NCBI GenBank assembly: GCA_028534125.1
Contig: CM052818.1
Span: 19,904,001-19,968,000 of the forward strand
Direction: 5' to 3'
Length of the DNA: 64,000 nt
Origin: Lama glama
Lineage: Eukaryota
Position numbers and translations under genes: made by a program. The notes beneath the pieces are model-generated. The model saw only the letters and a program-made list of their open reading frames with translations, did no database searches and was not told where the DNA came from. Of the stretch, positions 38,957 to 52,832 are shown piece by piece (the stretch's first letter is position 1; the number at the start of each line of letters is the position of its first letter).

Positions 38957-41900
38957 CTCCGCGCAGCAGGGCCGCCCCCCCGGCCCCATGCAGCGGCTCC
39001 CCCCGCCCGAGGGGAGGGGGCGGCGGGCGCGGGGAGCTGCCGCCGCCTCTGTCGCTGCCCGGATCCCCGCCCGGGCCCCGGTCGCCTCGCCCGCCCGCTG
39101 CCCCCGCCGCTCGGCGCCCGCGCCCTCTCCCCAGCCGGGCCTCCCCAGGAGGATCCGCTGGATCATAAGACTGGCCGGCCCCGGGGGAGACAGCAACTTT
39201 GGGGAGGGCGGCGGAGGGGAGGGGCCAGACGGCTCTCCCCGCCCCGCGCGGGCCCGGGCCCCCTCCCGGCTCGGCCCCGGAGGAGGGCGGGCCGAGGCAC
39301 CTCCCCCGAATGCGGGCTGCCCGCCCCGCGCCTCCGCTCGTGCTCCGGCTCCCGCGCCCCGCGCCCCGCCCGCGGCCGCCGCTCGGCCCTGCCTGCTCAC
39401 CCTAGCTTGACTCCTGGCTAGGGCTGCGGGAAGGGGGCGAAGAGGAGGAGTCGAGGAAGAGGGAGGGGGAGGTAGGTGAGTCTGGGGGAGGGGGCCGAGA
39501 GCCGAGCGCTAAGCAGGAGCCAAGGGCTCCTCGCGAAAGTACCCGCAGCACCCAGAAACGTCCAAAGGCCCCGATGATGGGAGAAGACGTGGAGGCCTCT
39601 TGGGGAACCACGACCACTCCAGCGATGACGCAATAGTCATGCAAAATTATACATATATATTTAAACTCCACCCGGAAGGCAGGATCCATCCTATCGGCCT
39701 CTAAGTGCGCAATATAACTAGAGATAGGGAAGGAAGAAAGGCCCAGAGAGTTAAAAAATAATTTTTTTGAGGCGCGCCGGGTGATGGGGGAGGAGTGGTG
39801 GTGGGTCCCTGAGCTGGAAAGTAGGGGCTCCTGGCTTATTGGTCTCCCCTCCCACCACCACCAACCCATACCGTTCACAGCAGAGCCTGACTCATTTACT
39901 GTGAAACTGGTGACTAAGGGAGTTAGTTACAGCTTGAACTACTGCCGCACCCCCCAACCAGCCAGAAAAGGGAGACTGTCTCTTCTGGATGCGGCAGGTG
40001 TACCTATGCTCCCCCTAGAGGCGACATTCCCTGAGGCCCCCTTGCAGTCCCAGTGTCCCTCGAAGGTGTTAGGTTGTGATCTCTGAGGAGTGACTGGCCT
40101 GGAATCCAGGCGACAACCCCTGCCCTCCTGCCCGGGCAAAGCTTGGAAACACCCATCTGGCCAGGTCCCAATCACTGGCCAACAGTGCTGCTTCTAAGGT
40201 TAGGCACTGGGGAAGTGGGCGTGAGGGAGGGGCGTAAGATACCTACGACGCACTCTCCATGTTGACACCACACCTTCCCTCCCCTTGCTGACAGGAGATA
40301 AATTGCTTCCTTTCATCGATTCACAGGAGCAGAAGATGCTGTGTTGGGAGGCACCATAGAGGTCAACTGGACCATCTCACTGAGATCTCCCTGAGGTTGT
40401 AAGTAAGCAAAATAAGACCCAGAGATGTGAAATGGTTATTTCAAAGGCTTCCAGCAATCCCGGCATTCAAAAACTTGGAACAGACTTTGGAAAATGCTCA
40501 GTTATGTCTTCATGCCACACTTTCCAGGCCTCAGCTCTCAAACCCCAAATCTGATTTCTATTGTCCTGGAAGACTTCCTGGATTCTTGGAAGTTCCTTGT
40601 ACAGTCCCACTGAATGTCTCACCAGACACGTCCATTTGCGTCTGAGCCTGGGTATTTACATTGCTGGCTGCTTTAGATTGTGCAATGAATCGGGAGGGTA
40701 CTGAATGACAGGTTAAGGAAGGCAGTTCAGTGCCTGAAGTCAGATCTTGGTTCAAGGCCAGTCTCTGCCCCTTCCTTCTAGAGAGGAAGAAAGGAGGACT
40801 TGCCCCCTTTGCCTACATGAGCACTTCTTCAGGCAGCATTTGTTGGGACTCAAATTCTTGAAGGAGGGCCTGTCAGGAGAGGTTAAGGAGCTTCTGGAGT
40901 GCACTCAGCCAGGAGACACTAATTAGCAGTGTGAACTTGAGCATGCCATCTCTCTTCTCCTGGCCTCAGCTTTCTTATCTATAAAGGTGAATTCATCCAC
41001 AAGGGTGAGATTAGGGCTCACCCTTGAGAACTCTAGGACCCTTCAGAATGTGTCCTGAGAAATCCTGGTAAAAAGCTTTGGAACAGGGGAGAAGCAGTAG
41101 CTGGAGATATGGGGAAGGCCTCTATGGGGGATCACAAGGTCTTTCCAGGGACTGGAGGATGGGGGCTTCCCCCATTCAGGACTCTGGCCTCCCCGTTCGT
41201 ATGCTACTTTTCAGAGGAGCGAACATTTACTAGGGATCCAGGGAGCTAGAGGATCAGCTCCAAAACCTTGAAATACAGAAGGGACTCCAGATTCTGTATG
41301 CTTTGGGAGAAGCTCTGGGAATATCAGAACACTCCAAGTGGGGAACTGATGTCAGATGAATCATGCCATGGTGACTTCATTCGTGATGGTGACCTCATCC
41401 TTTTGGCCCATAGAAAAGCCAAAACTGACTGCCTGGAGCGCTTCAAGCTCTGGGCTGATTCAGTCAGTTATATGTGGAGTAGGAGGGAGGAGGGAGGTTA
41501 TCCTGGATGTCCAGGTCAGCCCACTGATGGGTTAGCCAGAAAGACCAAAGAGATCTCAACAGAAACATAACTTTCCAATGAGCAAAGGAGATAATGCCTC
41601 AAGTGGTAAAAAGCAATTCTCAACTTTCAGGGATCTGAAAGACAGAAAGCAACTTTCTTTCTAAGCAAACCATAGGCTCTGGGCTTGCTCTCCTACTTTT
41701 GTGTCACCTGCAAATGCCCAAACACACACAGGTCTGTGGGAGGACAGTGGAGTCTCTACTCAGCCTTCTCCTCTACTTCCTCATCTTCCTTGATACATCC
41801 TGTATTTCATTTAACAAGCATCTATGGAGCTTTATTCCTGGGCAGGGGACCAGGAGCTGGGGAGCCACAAACACTGGCAGGACAGACAGAAAGGAACTGA

Positions 41901-43889
41901 CAAGCAAACAGATAATTACCATAGAACGTGATCAGTGGCGTGATAGAGGATAAAGAACAGTCTTCTGGAAGAGCAGGAAGGCTGTAAGTCCCAAGCTCTG
42001 GGTGTGCCGAGGAAGAAAGGATTTGCAGAAGGGTGTCATTGGTCTGGGGTTTAAGAGGCTAATAGGAGTAAGATAAGACTGCCTGGGAAAGACAGCCCTG
42101 CCCTCCCAGTAAGAAGCAACAGCGCACCATCTCTTGGGAATAATGAGCCATGTAGGGCGGACAGAGTGCAGGATTAGTGGTGCTGGGGAACTAATACGTA
42201 TTTAATTGGGAACCATGGAATGCAGCCAGTCCATGGCCCCTGAAAGCCATGTCAAGGGGCCTGCAGGGCCCCCCCCCCCCGTGGGCTGGGTAATCTGTGT
42301 ACCGCACAACGGCAAAGGGAGAAATATGGCCCATGTGATACCCACAAAGCCATGACCCTGGCCCAAGGTTGTATTCTTTGAAAGAAGGGGCAATTTTTTC
42401 TTATCACAGATTCGACTTCTGCTTGTCAGACCTGTGCCATGGGGCTGCATCTACCCACAGAGGGGCATCTTTTTCTACTTAGCAAAAGACAAAGGCGCTA
42501 TCTAGGGAAAGAATGGCTCTGGGAGTGAGGATGTGATGGAGGGAGGAAAGGAGGATTTGCAGAGCATCTGCTGTGCTTTGCCCGACACTGTCCTGGGTAC
42601 TTGATGTTCATGTATGTAGATTATCCTATTTCACTCCCAAAACACCAAGTAAGATAAAATTTATAGAGTATTTATAGCCTTGTCTATTCAGAACAGCACC
42701 CTTTGCTTCTGCTAAATGTACTTTCTGATTTAATCTCTGTGATCATCTGATTTAAATGGAAGCTACCCTCTTCTTATGTGTCCTGCCCCTGCCCCTGTGG
42801 ATTAGTCCTGGTGGGGCACCTGATCCCAGATGGGATGATCAGAACCCTTCCTGAGAGGTTTGAATTCTGGATTTGAAACAGGAGTCTCCCCTCTTTTACT
42901 AACTAAACTGGAAGATGTGAGCCTGGAGGCTGTGGGTCATTCACATTTCATGTTTCAGACCTTCACAAAATAGCCAATTCCAGGAAATGAAGCAAAAATG
43001 CAGAGAGAAACAAAAATGGAGAGGTAACCCCCCTTCCCCAGCCCTGCAAAAAAGGCAGAGACCACACAGGGTATTGGTGAGTTCCTGCTTCTGGTTGTCC
43101 CTGAGACCCTGTTGTACTGCTCTTCTTCAGTTGGTCAATAAGTCCCCCTCCCTTTTTGCCTAGTGACTATGGGTTGGTTTTCCAGCCCTGGTAACCAAAG
43201 GAGTCCTGACTGTGATAGTATCATCATTATAGTTGAGATAGGTGATGTGTGGACAAATTCAGAAGTTTGCCCAAAGTCACACAGCTGCTAAGCAGCATAG
43301 CTAGCTTTCCAGGTGACCTGTCTTTGGAGCTCATGCTGTTTCTTTCCCATGTTCCCCATGAAGGAGGCATCAACATTTTCTCAGTAGGGAAATGACAAGT
43401 TTTGAGGCGCCTTTTGAGAAGATCACTCTGGGAGTGGTGCAGAAAATGGATTTAGAGGGGATGAGAGTGAAGGCAGAGAAAGTGAGAAAGAGAGAGGTCA
43501 TGAAGTTCTGAACCAGGCATGGTAGTAAAAATGAAGAGAAGGCCATGGGTAGCAGGGATGTGTTGATGACAAACTCCGTAGGGCTTCGTAACTCAACCTG
43601 GGGAAGGGCAAGGCTAACCCTGGGCCTCTACATTATGATCCCATTGACATACTCCTTCTCTCTTTTCCTTTTTAATCATCTCTGTTTTTAGCCTCCCTAC
43701 TTCTTTGGTTTTCTTCCTCACTTTTAAAAACTTTCCCATCTCCTGTTCGTGCTTAACCATATAACCAACTGCCTAAATAGCACCAAGAGTAGAACCCCAG
43801 AAAGACAGTAGGTTTCTAAAATGTGCTTTCTTTCTGTCATTTTGTTTGTGTCCCCTCATATCTACCCCAGAAATGAAAAAATGTATTCC

Positions 43890-44460
43890 AGTAGATCATT
43901 TGATTTCATGGACGGGATTCTTTGGGTTGCAAGTAATAGGAAATGCAACCCAAACTGGCTTCATTACCAATGGAAGTATGTAGATTTCTTTAATCGAAAC
44001 ATGCAGTAGTAGCTCAAGCTTTAGGCATGGCCCGATCAAAACTCTGGTTCTATTTCTTCTGTACTTCTCTCAATTTCCCCCTTCTCTTTGGGTCAACTTC
44101 CTACATAGATGGCCTTCTCTCCTGAAAGCAAAATGTACCAAGTCCAGGCATTACCACCCCTAACCACACTACCCAGGAGGAGGGAGAGCTTGCACAAAAG
44201 TCTTGGCCTTCCACTGATCAGATCAGCTGAGATCATCCATGAACCAGTGTCAGATGCTTGTTGCCTTGGGCCTGGGCTACTTGCTGCCCATCCCTGAAAC
44301 CACTGTGACAAGGGGTTGGGACTGTCCTGATTGGGCCCATCAGGGCCCACCCCGAGGCCAGGATTTTACTTCCACTCAGATTCTATGGTTCCTGCACAGT
44401 GGGTGGCAGGGATGTGGAGGAATGTATACTGGGGAGGCAACCAGCAACATCTATTACATC
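43890..44460. mobile_element. Old MaLR LTR (MLT1J/K-like)
   Basis: gggattctttgggttgcaagtaataggaaatgcaacccaaactggctt resembles an MLT1 terminus. Confidence 0.55.
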
Positions 44461-46117
44461 TGGGTTGTTGCTCACCAGTAGAAATTCCTAGGCCTCCCCA
44501 GGCTATCCTAGAAATAAAGAACTTGAGGAAAAGCAACTTTCAAAGGAAGATGGAGGTGAGAAGGATCCAAGTCAAACCTATGATTTGCTCCAAATATCAG
44601 TCAACTGGTTTGTCAATACCTGAGTCCAGGCTTTCTCTGAATCCCTAATTCTTGACCCGTTGGTAGGTACTCTTCTCACACTCCCAAGTTCCTTCTTGGA
44701 GTTACTGGTAAGGAGGCAAGATGGTTACCATCCTTTTACCTGGTCCACTCTGCTTGTCTGTGCTGCTTCTTTCCCCCACACATGCCCAGTATCTTCAGGC
44801 TACAGCCTCTTCACTGCCCAGGGCGCTCCTGCTTCCCAGACGCCACCTGACCAACCTTCATAGCATCGAGCCTCATGCCCCGCCAGTCCCTCTTTTCCTT
44901 CCCATCATTAAACTCCCCACCTATTTTCTTTTCTCTTAGGGTTCAGAGGTAAAATACACTACACATTTTTTTTAACCTAAGATGTTAATGGCTTAAACAC
45001 TGCAGGAATTTCTTAAAGGTCAATGGTCCTTAATGAGCAGAATGATAAATATATCCAATAAATCTGGCTCACATGCTTTTCATTTCTAGTTATGTTTCTA
45101 GACTGCATTTAGATGGCTTTTTCCACTTCATTACATCTCCAAAACTCAGAAGTAAGCCTCAGCCTCTCAGAATTTTGGCTTGAGCACCCTTAATAATGTT
45201 TTCCCGTCTTCATTTCTAACTATCTTCTGTCACCGCCTAGGTCAAGAGACCAATCACTATAACTGATGGCTTTGCCACCATTGCTGAACCATAGAGCACT
45301 TCCTTGGAGGTTGCTGGTAAGGAATACTTATGTAATCTGGAGGTGACCCCCTCTCATGAGCTCCAAAGGAGGCTAGATCACACATCCCTCCGCCAGAAGT
45401 GAAATTAATGATTTTATTCCTTGCTTCAGTACTAAGAGTGCCAGAAAACCAACCAAGACTCACTTATGATTGTTCTTCCATAGTGGTTGTTTTGGTCACT
45501 GAGTGTCACAACCACATTTTGAATTTGGGGAATCTTCCCCTTTGTGAGTCTTGGTGGGGAAAAAAAAAAGATCATCCCTTGTAGAAGCTGAAAATGACAG
45601 ATTCTAGTTCTCCTTGTCAGATTCAAGATCTAGAATGACTAGAGTTAAATACAGGGCACACTTTCTCTGGAGGCTGCAGCTTTAGCGTTGGGTACACAAT
45701 TCAGGACTGAACACAGGAAGTGGCACATAAGGATGGGCGGTGGTGTTAGTTGTGGTGTAACTGAGTTCCTGGTACAGAAGTGACTGCTGTACACACTGAT
45801 TGTCTAGAGTGTGCTGTCGGCAATGATACCAGCAGTGGTTTTCTCATCAGAGCAGGTCCTGAGGCCTGTATTGGGCATGATTCTTTTTAAGACAGTCTTG
45901 AGCAGCTTCTCTAGCCCACCTGTGATTCTGTGAGCTATGCATGATTCTTGGAGGTTCCTCCTCTGTTCAGTCGGCCACCGATATCTTCTCCTGCTTGCAG
46001 CTCAGCCTTGCGAGAAGAGGTTGGAGGGTTGCATTGCTCTATTGAATGTGCTGCATGCAGAGGGAATAGTGATTCCCACTGCTGCCATACCCAAGTAACT
46101 GATACTAGACTGGCCTC

Positions 46118-46440
46118 TAAATTAGTCCATTCAGGCTGCTGTAACAAAATGCCATACACTGGCTGGCTTATAAACACCAGAAATTATTTTTCATAGTTCT
46201 GGGTGATGGAAGTCCAGGATCAGGGTACCAGCATAGTTGGGTAAGGGCCCTCTTCTGGGTTGCAGACATCTTGTAGGGATGGGCAGAAGGGATGAAGGGG
46301 CTATGTTGGGCCTCTTTTATAAGGGCACTAATCCCACTCGTGAGGGCTCTGCCCTCATGCCCTAATCACTTTCCAGACCATCACATTGGGAATTAGGCTT
46401 CAACGTAGGACTCTGGGGGGACACATTCAACCTATAGACC
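46118..46440 (-). mobile_element. MaLR LTR (MLT1A-like)
   Basis: ttagtccattcaggctgctgtaacaaaatgccata...ttttataagggcactaatccca...ggggggacacattcaacctatag. Confidence 0.85.
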
Positions 46441-46449
46441 TTTCTAATG

Positions 46450-47450
46450 TAAGCAACTAAAAAACTGCACAAAACATAGGAAACCACTGTTTTTAGATAT
46501 TGAACATAGCAAACGGCTGGGATTCCTGAAAGAAAGGAACAAACGAGTCCAGCTCTACTGTTACTCTAACTTGCTGCTGGAAGTACCTTCTGAATTGCAG
46601 AACAGTGTGGGGGAACTGAAGCTGACCACAGTGGCCTTGCCAAGTGAAGAAGGAGATGGTTGAGGAGATTTTTCAAGGCTGAGTACCAGAGAGGAGGAAG
46701 TATCACAGTAGAAAAGGCTCCAGCACCATCCTCTTGATTCTGTTGCTAATACCAAGTTGCACATGCATAGAGTGAAACTCCACAACGTTAGGCAAAGAAC
46801 TGCCAGAGAGCAGAGTTGATTGGTTTCCAGGGCTCACACAGGGCTGGGAGAAGTTTGAATTTCAACCAGCCAATGTGAAGAGACCTTGTTGAATTTCCAG
46901 AGAAGTCAGTAGAGACTCCAGAAGGGTTTGCATTCATAGAAGGGCTAAATTAGCTCTTGGTGAAAGCAACTCTAGAACCCCAGCCTCATATAGAACAAGT
47001 TCACCCGCTATTACAATCACTGGTAGCCAAAACAAATTTCATCATTTTTTTAAAGGACAATAACAAAATATAGACGTGCAGCACTATAAAATTCAGAATG
47101 TCAAGAATTACTAGATATGTATAAGAATACGGAAATATAATCAGGACAAAAATCAGGATATAGAAACAAACCCAGAAATGATGGAGATAATGAAATTAGC
47201 AGGTGAGGACTTGAAAAGGAATTATAAATATACTCAAGGATTTAAAGGAAAATGTGAACATGGGGAGGAAGGAAATGGAAGATATTAAAAAAAAAAAGAA
47301 GGAACCAAGTCAAACTTCTCGAGTTTAAGAATACAATACCCGAAATGAAAAACTCAATGTTAAGCTTAACAGACAATTAAACATTATAGAAGAAAATATC
47401 TGTGACAGCGAAGATATAGCAATAGAAACTGTCCAAACTAAAGCAGCATT
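46450..47450 (+). mobile_element. Old L1 5'/ORF1-region fragment
   Basis: A-rich degenerate ORF1-like sequence (gaaatggaagatattaaaaa...gaagatatagcaatagaaact). Confidence 0.6.
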
Positions 47451-48259
47451 TGGCATCTGAATGCATCCCCTGAGCTGAGCACTGGTAGCAAACATTACTC
47501 CTGGTGTCCCTGAGCAAGCAGAGCATCTGAGATCTCTCGGGGCGGTCCCTGACCATGGCTCTCAGGCTGGTAGCTTGGCCAACTGACCCCCTGGGGGATT
47601 TCTGGGGCTCTGACTGCTGACCTGCTCCTACCTCCCCACAGGCAGCTTGAGGAATGTGGTTCTAGGAAGGGGAGGGTGACTGGCATGGTGTTTTGTAAAT
47701 GACGACACCTGATGTTCACCTAGCACTTTGCAAAGCCTTTTTACGCCTCACATCATGAGGCTTTGTGTCTTTATCCAGATGGAATTCAGGCAGATTTTGA
47801 GCCTTTATCCAGGTCACTCAGCCTGTAAGTGAGAGACATCAGGATGGAAACCTTTACCGTTGAGACTCTGTCTCTAGCGCATTTCTCATGACACCGGGCT
47901 ATGGCTTGTGCAGACATCAGAGGCAGAGATGCCTCCTGGTTCCTACCCTCAGTTACCATCCTGTGACGTCCTGTGGCCACCCGGCACGTGGGGCGCACTC
48001 AATAAATATTAGCTATATAAACTGCTCATACATCATGTAGCCAGAATCTCAAACCACTCCCACCCCAACCCCCCACCTTAGAAGAGGCCTGTTTGAGGGG
48101 TGAATACTTTGATAAATGGATTGAGGAAGACCTTCTGAGGGTCTGCTCAAGTAACAATTGATGGGTGCTTAACTGCTTTCTAAGGTGGGTGGATTCAGTT
48201 TGAGGTCAGTGGGGTTGAGCGTTCAGGACCACAATGTGATTAGAACTCCTAAGCTAAAC

Positions 48260-49118
48260 CACAAAAAAAAACCCTAATTTTAAAAATGGGCAAAGGGCCT
48301 GAATAGACAGTTATCCAAAGAAGATATGCAAATGACCAGTTGGCACATGAAAAGATGTTCAACGCCCTGATCACTAGGAAAATGCAAATCAAAACTATAA
48401 TGATACCACCTCACACCCATTAAGGAGGCTATGATTAAAACAAACAAACAAACCCAGAAAATAACAAATTTTGGTGAGAATGTGGAAAAATTGTAACCCT
48501 TGTTGCATTCCTGGTGGGATTATAAAATGGTGCAGCCACTGTGGAAAATAGTCTAGCAGTTTCCTCACAAAAGTAAACAGCATTGCCACATTATCCAGGA
48601 ATTCCACGTCTAGGTATATACCCAGAAGAATTGAAAGCAGGGACTTGAACAGATATTTGTACACCCACATTCATAGCAACATTGTTCACATTAACCAAAA
48701 GGTGGAAGCTGTCCAAGTGTCACTTGATAGGGGAACAAAATGTGATATATCCATACAATGGAATGTTATTCAGCCTCAGAAAGGAAGGAAATTCTGCTCC
48801 ATGCTACAACATGGATGAACCTTGAAGACATTCTGCTAAGTGAGACAAGTCAGTCACAAAAGACAAATATTAAATGATCCGTCATACATGAGGTTCCTAG
48901 AATAGTCAAATTCACAGGGACACAAAGTAGAATGGTGGTTGCCGGGGACTGCGGGGAAGAGGAAATGGGGAGTTAGTGTTTAATGGGTACAGAGTTCTGG
49001 AGATGGATGGCGTGTCCGTTGCACAGTGTGAAGGTATTTAATGCTACTGAGCATTACTTAGTGGTTAAAATGATAAAATTTATGTTATACATATTTTACC
49101 ACAATAAAAGAAAAAGGA
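48260..49118 (+). mobile_element. L1MB-type 3' end (ORF2 tail and 3' UTR)
   Basis: aaaaatgggcaaagggcctgaatagacag...aaatgcaaatcaaaactataatgataccacctcacacc...ttttaccacaataaaa. Confidence 0.9.
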
Positions 49119-52100
49119 CAAATGGGATTTTACTTTTAAAATGGGATTTCCAGCTTCTCTAAAATATCAGGTCTTACGCTCCCAAGTCCCTATTTCCTAA
49201 GGCGGCAGATGCCTGGACCCTTTAAACGGGGATGAAATGGAAGGGCTTTTTTGTGGGGCTGAGGGGAAACCACCACTGAAAACCTTTGGCTGTGCAACTT
49301 TGTGGCAAATTGCTCTTGGGCAGAACTTGACTTCTTTGAAATAAGTAACCTTGCTGCAGATGTTTGAAAAGGAGAAATAAAGCTGTGAGTTCACATAAAT
49401 TATTTTGGGAGAAATGTTTCTGACCCTGCCTGGTTCTCTTGTTTATATTACCTGTGGGTATTAGCTTTCTCCAGCCCCAACTAAAGGCCGCTTTGCTACT
49501 GGGATGGAGTTCTTAGATTAAAACTGGACGTGGCCCATTAGTCATCACCAACTGAGGCAGAGATACAGCTTTGTGGGCACTTTTGATTTCTGCTCTGGGT
49601 GTCTTCTTTTACTTCCAGGCCAGATGAACTCTCTGGCTGTTGCCTTCTCTCCCCACAGCTTGCTCTGTCAGGAGCAGGGTGCACTGGCCTCCTTTCCCAC
49701 ACCTTCACCCTGAGCAGAGCTGCTCCTCCGTATGAGGGGGGCGCTGCAGCAGGGGTGTTGCCAAGTGCCCTGAGTCATCAAACCTGACGGCTCTTGTACC
49801 ACATTTCCTTGTACCACATCCCAGGCCTCTGTTCTCGCATTCTTGTCCAAGTCCTCATCCCTGCAGTCTGGACCTGGCATTCGCTTCTGCCAGACTCTCC
49901 TGCCTCCACCAGCATCAGGCTAATGTTCCTAAACCCAGGTTTGGCCAAGTTACATCCCTGCTGAGTAGACTTTGATGGATCTCCTTAGCCTAATGCCTCA
50001 GCTTTCAGTCTGATATTTCAAACTTTCCCTAGTTGAACTCCAACCGTCTTTCTAGACATCGCTCACTCCCACTGCCCCTGCAGGCCTGTCTGCTGCTTCC
50101 AAACCAATCTGTTCTCTGCACTCAGACCTCCTACACATTCCCACAGCATTCTCCCCATCTAGATGGTCTCACTCCTCCTGCTTCTCAGAGTTGTCCATCC
50201 CTCAATGCCCGTCTGTACTTCTCCCTCCCAGGGTTGGTTGACACCTTGCCCATAGGACCACTCTTTCAGCTCAAGCTGGCAGCTGCTCAGCCTGTGTCCT
50301 CTCCTGGCTCTAATCCTGTCCCATGTTGGGTGCCAGGTACCTTTCCACATTTTTGAACCAAGGAAACCCCAAGGCCTTGCTTCGAGTCAGGTAATCTGTA
50401 ACAACTTGATCGATTCTTATCTATTTGGATAAATCCTCCTCAATGAATGCTGCCAACTTGCTACTTGTTGTCGGTGACCTGCCTCCAATGAAAGCATCTA
50501 TTGTCACTGGTGGTGTGTCTCAAACCACCCCCTACAGGCTTTACCTGGCAGCAGAGCAATACATTATGAAAGAGCCTACGGTGAGCTTGGGAGGGGGTTT
50601 CAGGGACTGGATTCCTTCATTCACGTAGCTTTCTTGAAATGGCTGATTTCTAACAGACCACACTATGGTGTGATTACCTGTTAACCTGTTCATCTCCCCC
50701 TTGACATTGTGGTTGTGGGAGGCAGAGCTGGTATCTGCCTTGTTCTCTGCTCTATCTCCAGTGCCTATGCAGTGCCTGACGTATAGTAGATGTTCAACAA
50801 ATATCTGTTGAAGGACAGAAAAGGGTCTGCCCCCTTCCCACGTGTTTAGTATTTAAAATCCCCCAAAGGAGTCATAGTTCTTCTAAACTTCCTCACCCAT
50901 TTCCTGGGCCCTCCAGCCTCTGGAAAGCCCCTTCCCTCCCTTACCCTGCAACCTCTAAGTGTCCAGCGGCCCAAGTTTGGTGCTGCTTCTCTTTTGGCTA
51001 CGAGTGTCGAGCCCACACCCAGACACGTCTGCCCTCAGACTCAGTTACAAATCCCAGCTGGAAGGAAGAACAGTTGTTTCAGGGTCTCGGCAGGGCTCCG
51101 GGCTGACAGACACATTTTGCGCACCAAGCACATCTGCCTCCCCCTCCTCCCTCTCATGGTGATGTGGATCCCCCACGGTGCACACAGGTTCACATAGGCG
51201 AGGACCCTGGAAGAGAGATCTCCAAGCTCACACTTCCTCTAAGGACCCCTCCTATGCCCACGGATATAAAATCATCAGTTTTGAAATTTCTTCTTCCCGA
51301 AGATCATAAGGAGGGGCTTCTAGGGATGTTAGCAGTGTCCAGTGTCCTATTGATTGACCTGGGTGCTGATTACAGGATATTTGCCTCATCATAATCCATT
51401 CAGCCATTCACTTTCCTGAATGAGTATTACATTTCATGATAAAAAAAAAAGCCCCCTCTGCGGTTCCCACCCTGTACCCAGGACAAGCCCTTAATTCAAT
51501 CAATTCATGTTTAACTTGCGTCTGTCTACATCTAACCCCTGCTGAAAAAGGAGATTCTTGTCCTCAAGGAATTTCCTGGAGGGAGCCAAGTAATGGGAGC
51601 ATCAAAAGACACAGAATCCAGCTCTGAATTATATCTGGAAAATAGGCCACGCTGTCATTATTTTGAGGAGGAGTCCAGAGGTCAAGGAGGTGGTTGGGCT
51701 CCAAGTGGGCTGAAGACGCGGGTGGGCTTTAGATTGGCAGAGAGACACCGAGGAAGGCATCGTAGCGGGGAGAACTGTAGGATCAAGGGCTGTTGGGGGT
51801 GCTGAGCCTGATGTGTCAATGTAGGGGGGTTGGGTTGCAATGAAGAGACCCTGGTAGTGAATAGTTTATGGGAGTGAGACTGTCTTGGAGAGTTTCAGAT
51901 ACTGCTCCCAGCCCCAAACATTGGCAAGGTGGATGCCACTCCCAGGGCAACCCTGCCTCATTGGAATGGAGGGTCCTGGGCCCTCAGGCAAGAGCAGATG
52001 CATGTGTGTTTCACATTTCTTAGTTTGTTTTGTTGTTTTGTTCAAGCCACAGGCCCATGTGGGCTCCTAATCCCCATCCCAGACAGACAGGAAGTTACAT

Positions 52101-52609
52101 CTGCCAGACGCATTACGTGGGCACCCGCATTCCTGCAGGGACAATTGCTTAATCCCTGACTTTTATCCCAGCCCCACCCTGCAGCTGCCTTCCAGCCTCA
52201 GCACTGATAAAGTGATTGGAAGTGGAAGTGCACCAAGGAAGCAGGAGAACTCAGGACTGCAGATTCGGGGACGGTGTGCCAGGCTGCGAGATGACTCCAT
52301 CCCACTCCCCAGCTCGAGAGCCCTGGAATTCCCAGACTTCACCCACCATCACCAAGGATGTGGCTGGCCACCTGAGACCATGGGTGAAAGTGCCAGGAAG
52401 TTTTTGGGAGGTTCCCAAACTCCATGCAGGGCCACTAAGTTTAACATGAGGCAGCAAGACCAAGATGTGTTTCTACTTACTTTAGGGAGTGGAAATCAAA
52501 TCAGTCCTAAGTACTCTGTACACACAAAGAGTGACTGTGATGAAGAATGAGGCTTAAAGCGGAGGAGAGGAGCTGTAATAGGAGGAAGAGGAGGAGGAGG
52601 AGGAATGCT

Positions 52610-52832
52610 GCTGCTGCTGATAACTACCAAGCATGAAGACTGACTTTGTGCTTAGCATTATGCTAACCATTCACTTCTGTCATTTAAGCCTCACAATAAT
52701 CCTATGATGTAGATGCTATTGCTTCCATTATACAGATGAAGAAACTGAGGCCTTGAGGAGTGAACTGCTTTCTTAACGTTATACAAATGCTAAGTGCAGA
52801 ACTGGGATCTGAATTCCAGCAGTCTTACTCTA
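52610..52832 (-). mobile_element. MIR SINE
   Basis: cctcacaataatcctatga...tacagatgaagaaactgaggc...agaactgggatctgaattccag. Confidence 0.8.

Larger units (their letters stand above)
38400..39630. promoter_or_regulatory. CpG island; RHOQ promoter and 5' UTR, probably bidirectional with ATP6V1E2
   Basis: Very high GC and CpG density with many GC boxes, covering RHOQ exon 1; lies head-to-head with ATP6V1E2. Confidence 0.9.

Noticed and set aside
38138..39878. Many overlapping Pro/Arg/Gly/Ala-rich ORFs on both strands
   Set aside because: Expected from stop-codon depletion in a CpG island; no recognisable domains. Only the ATG-initiated uORFs were kept as findings.
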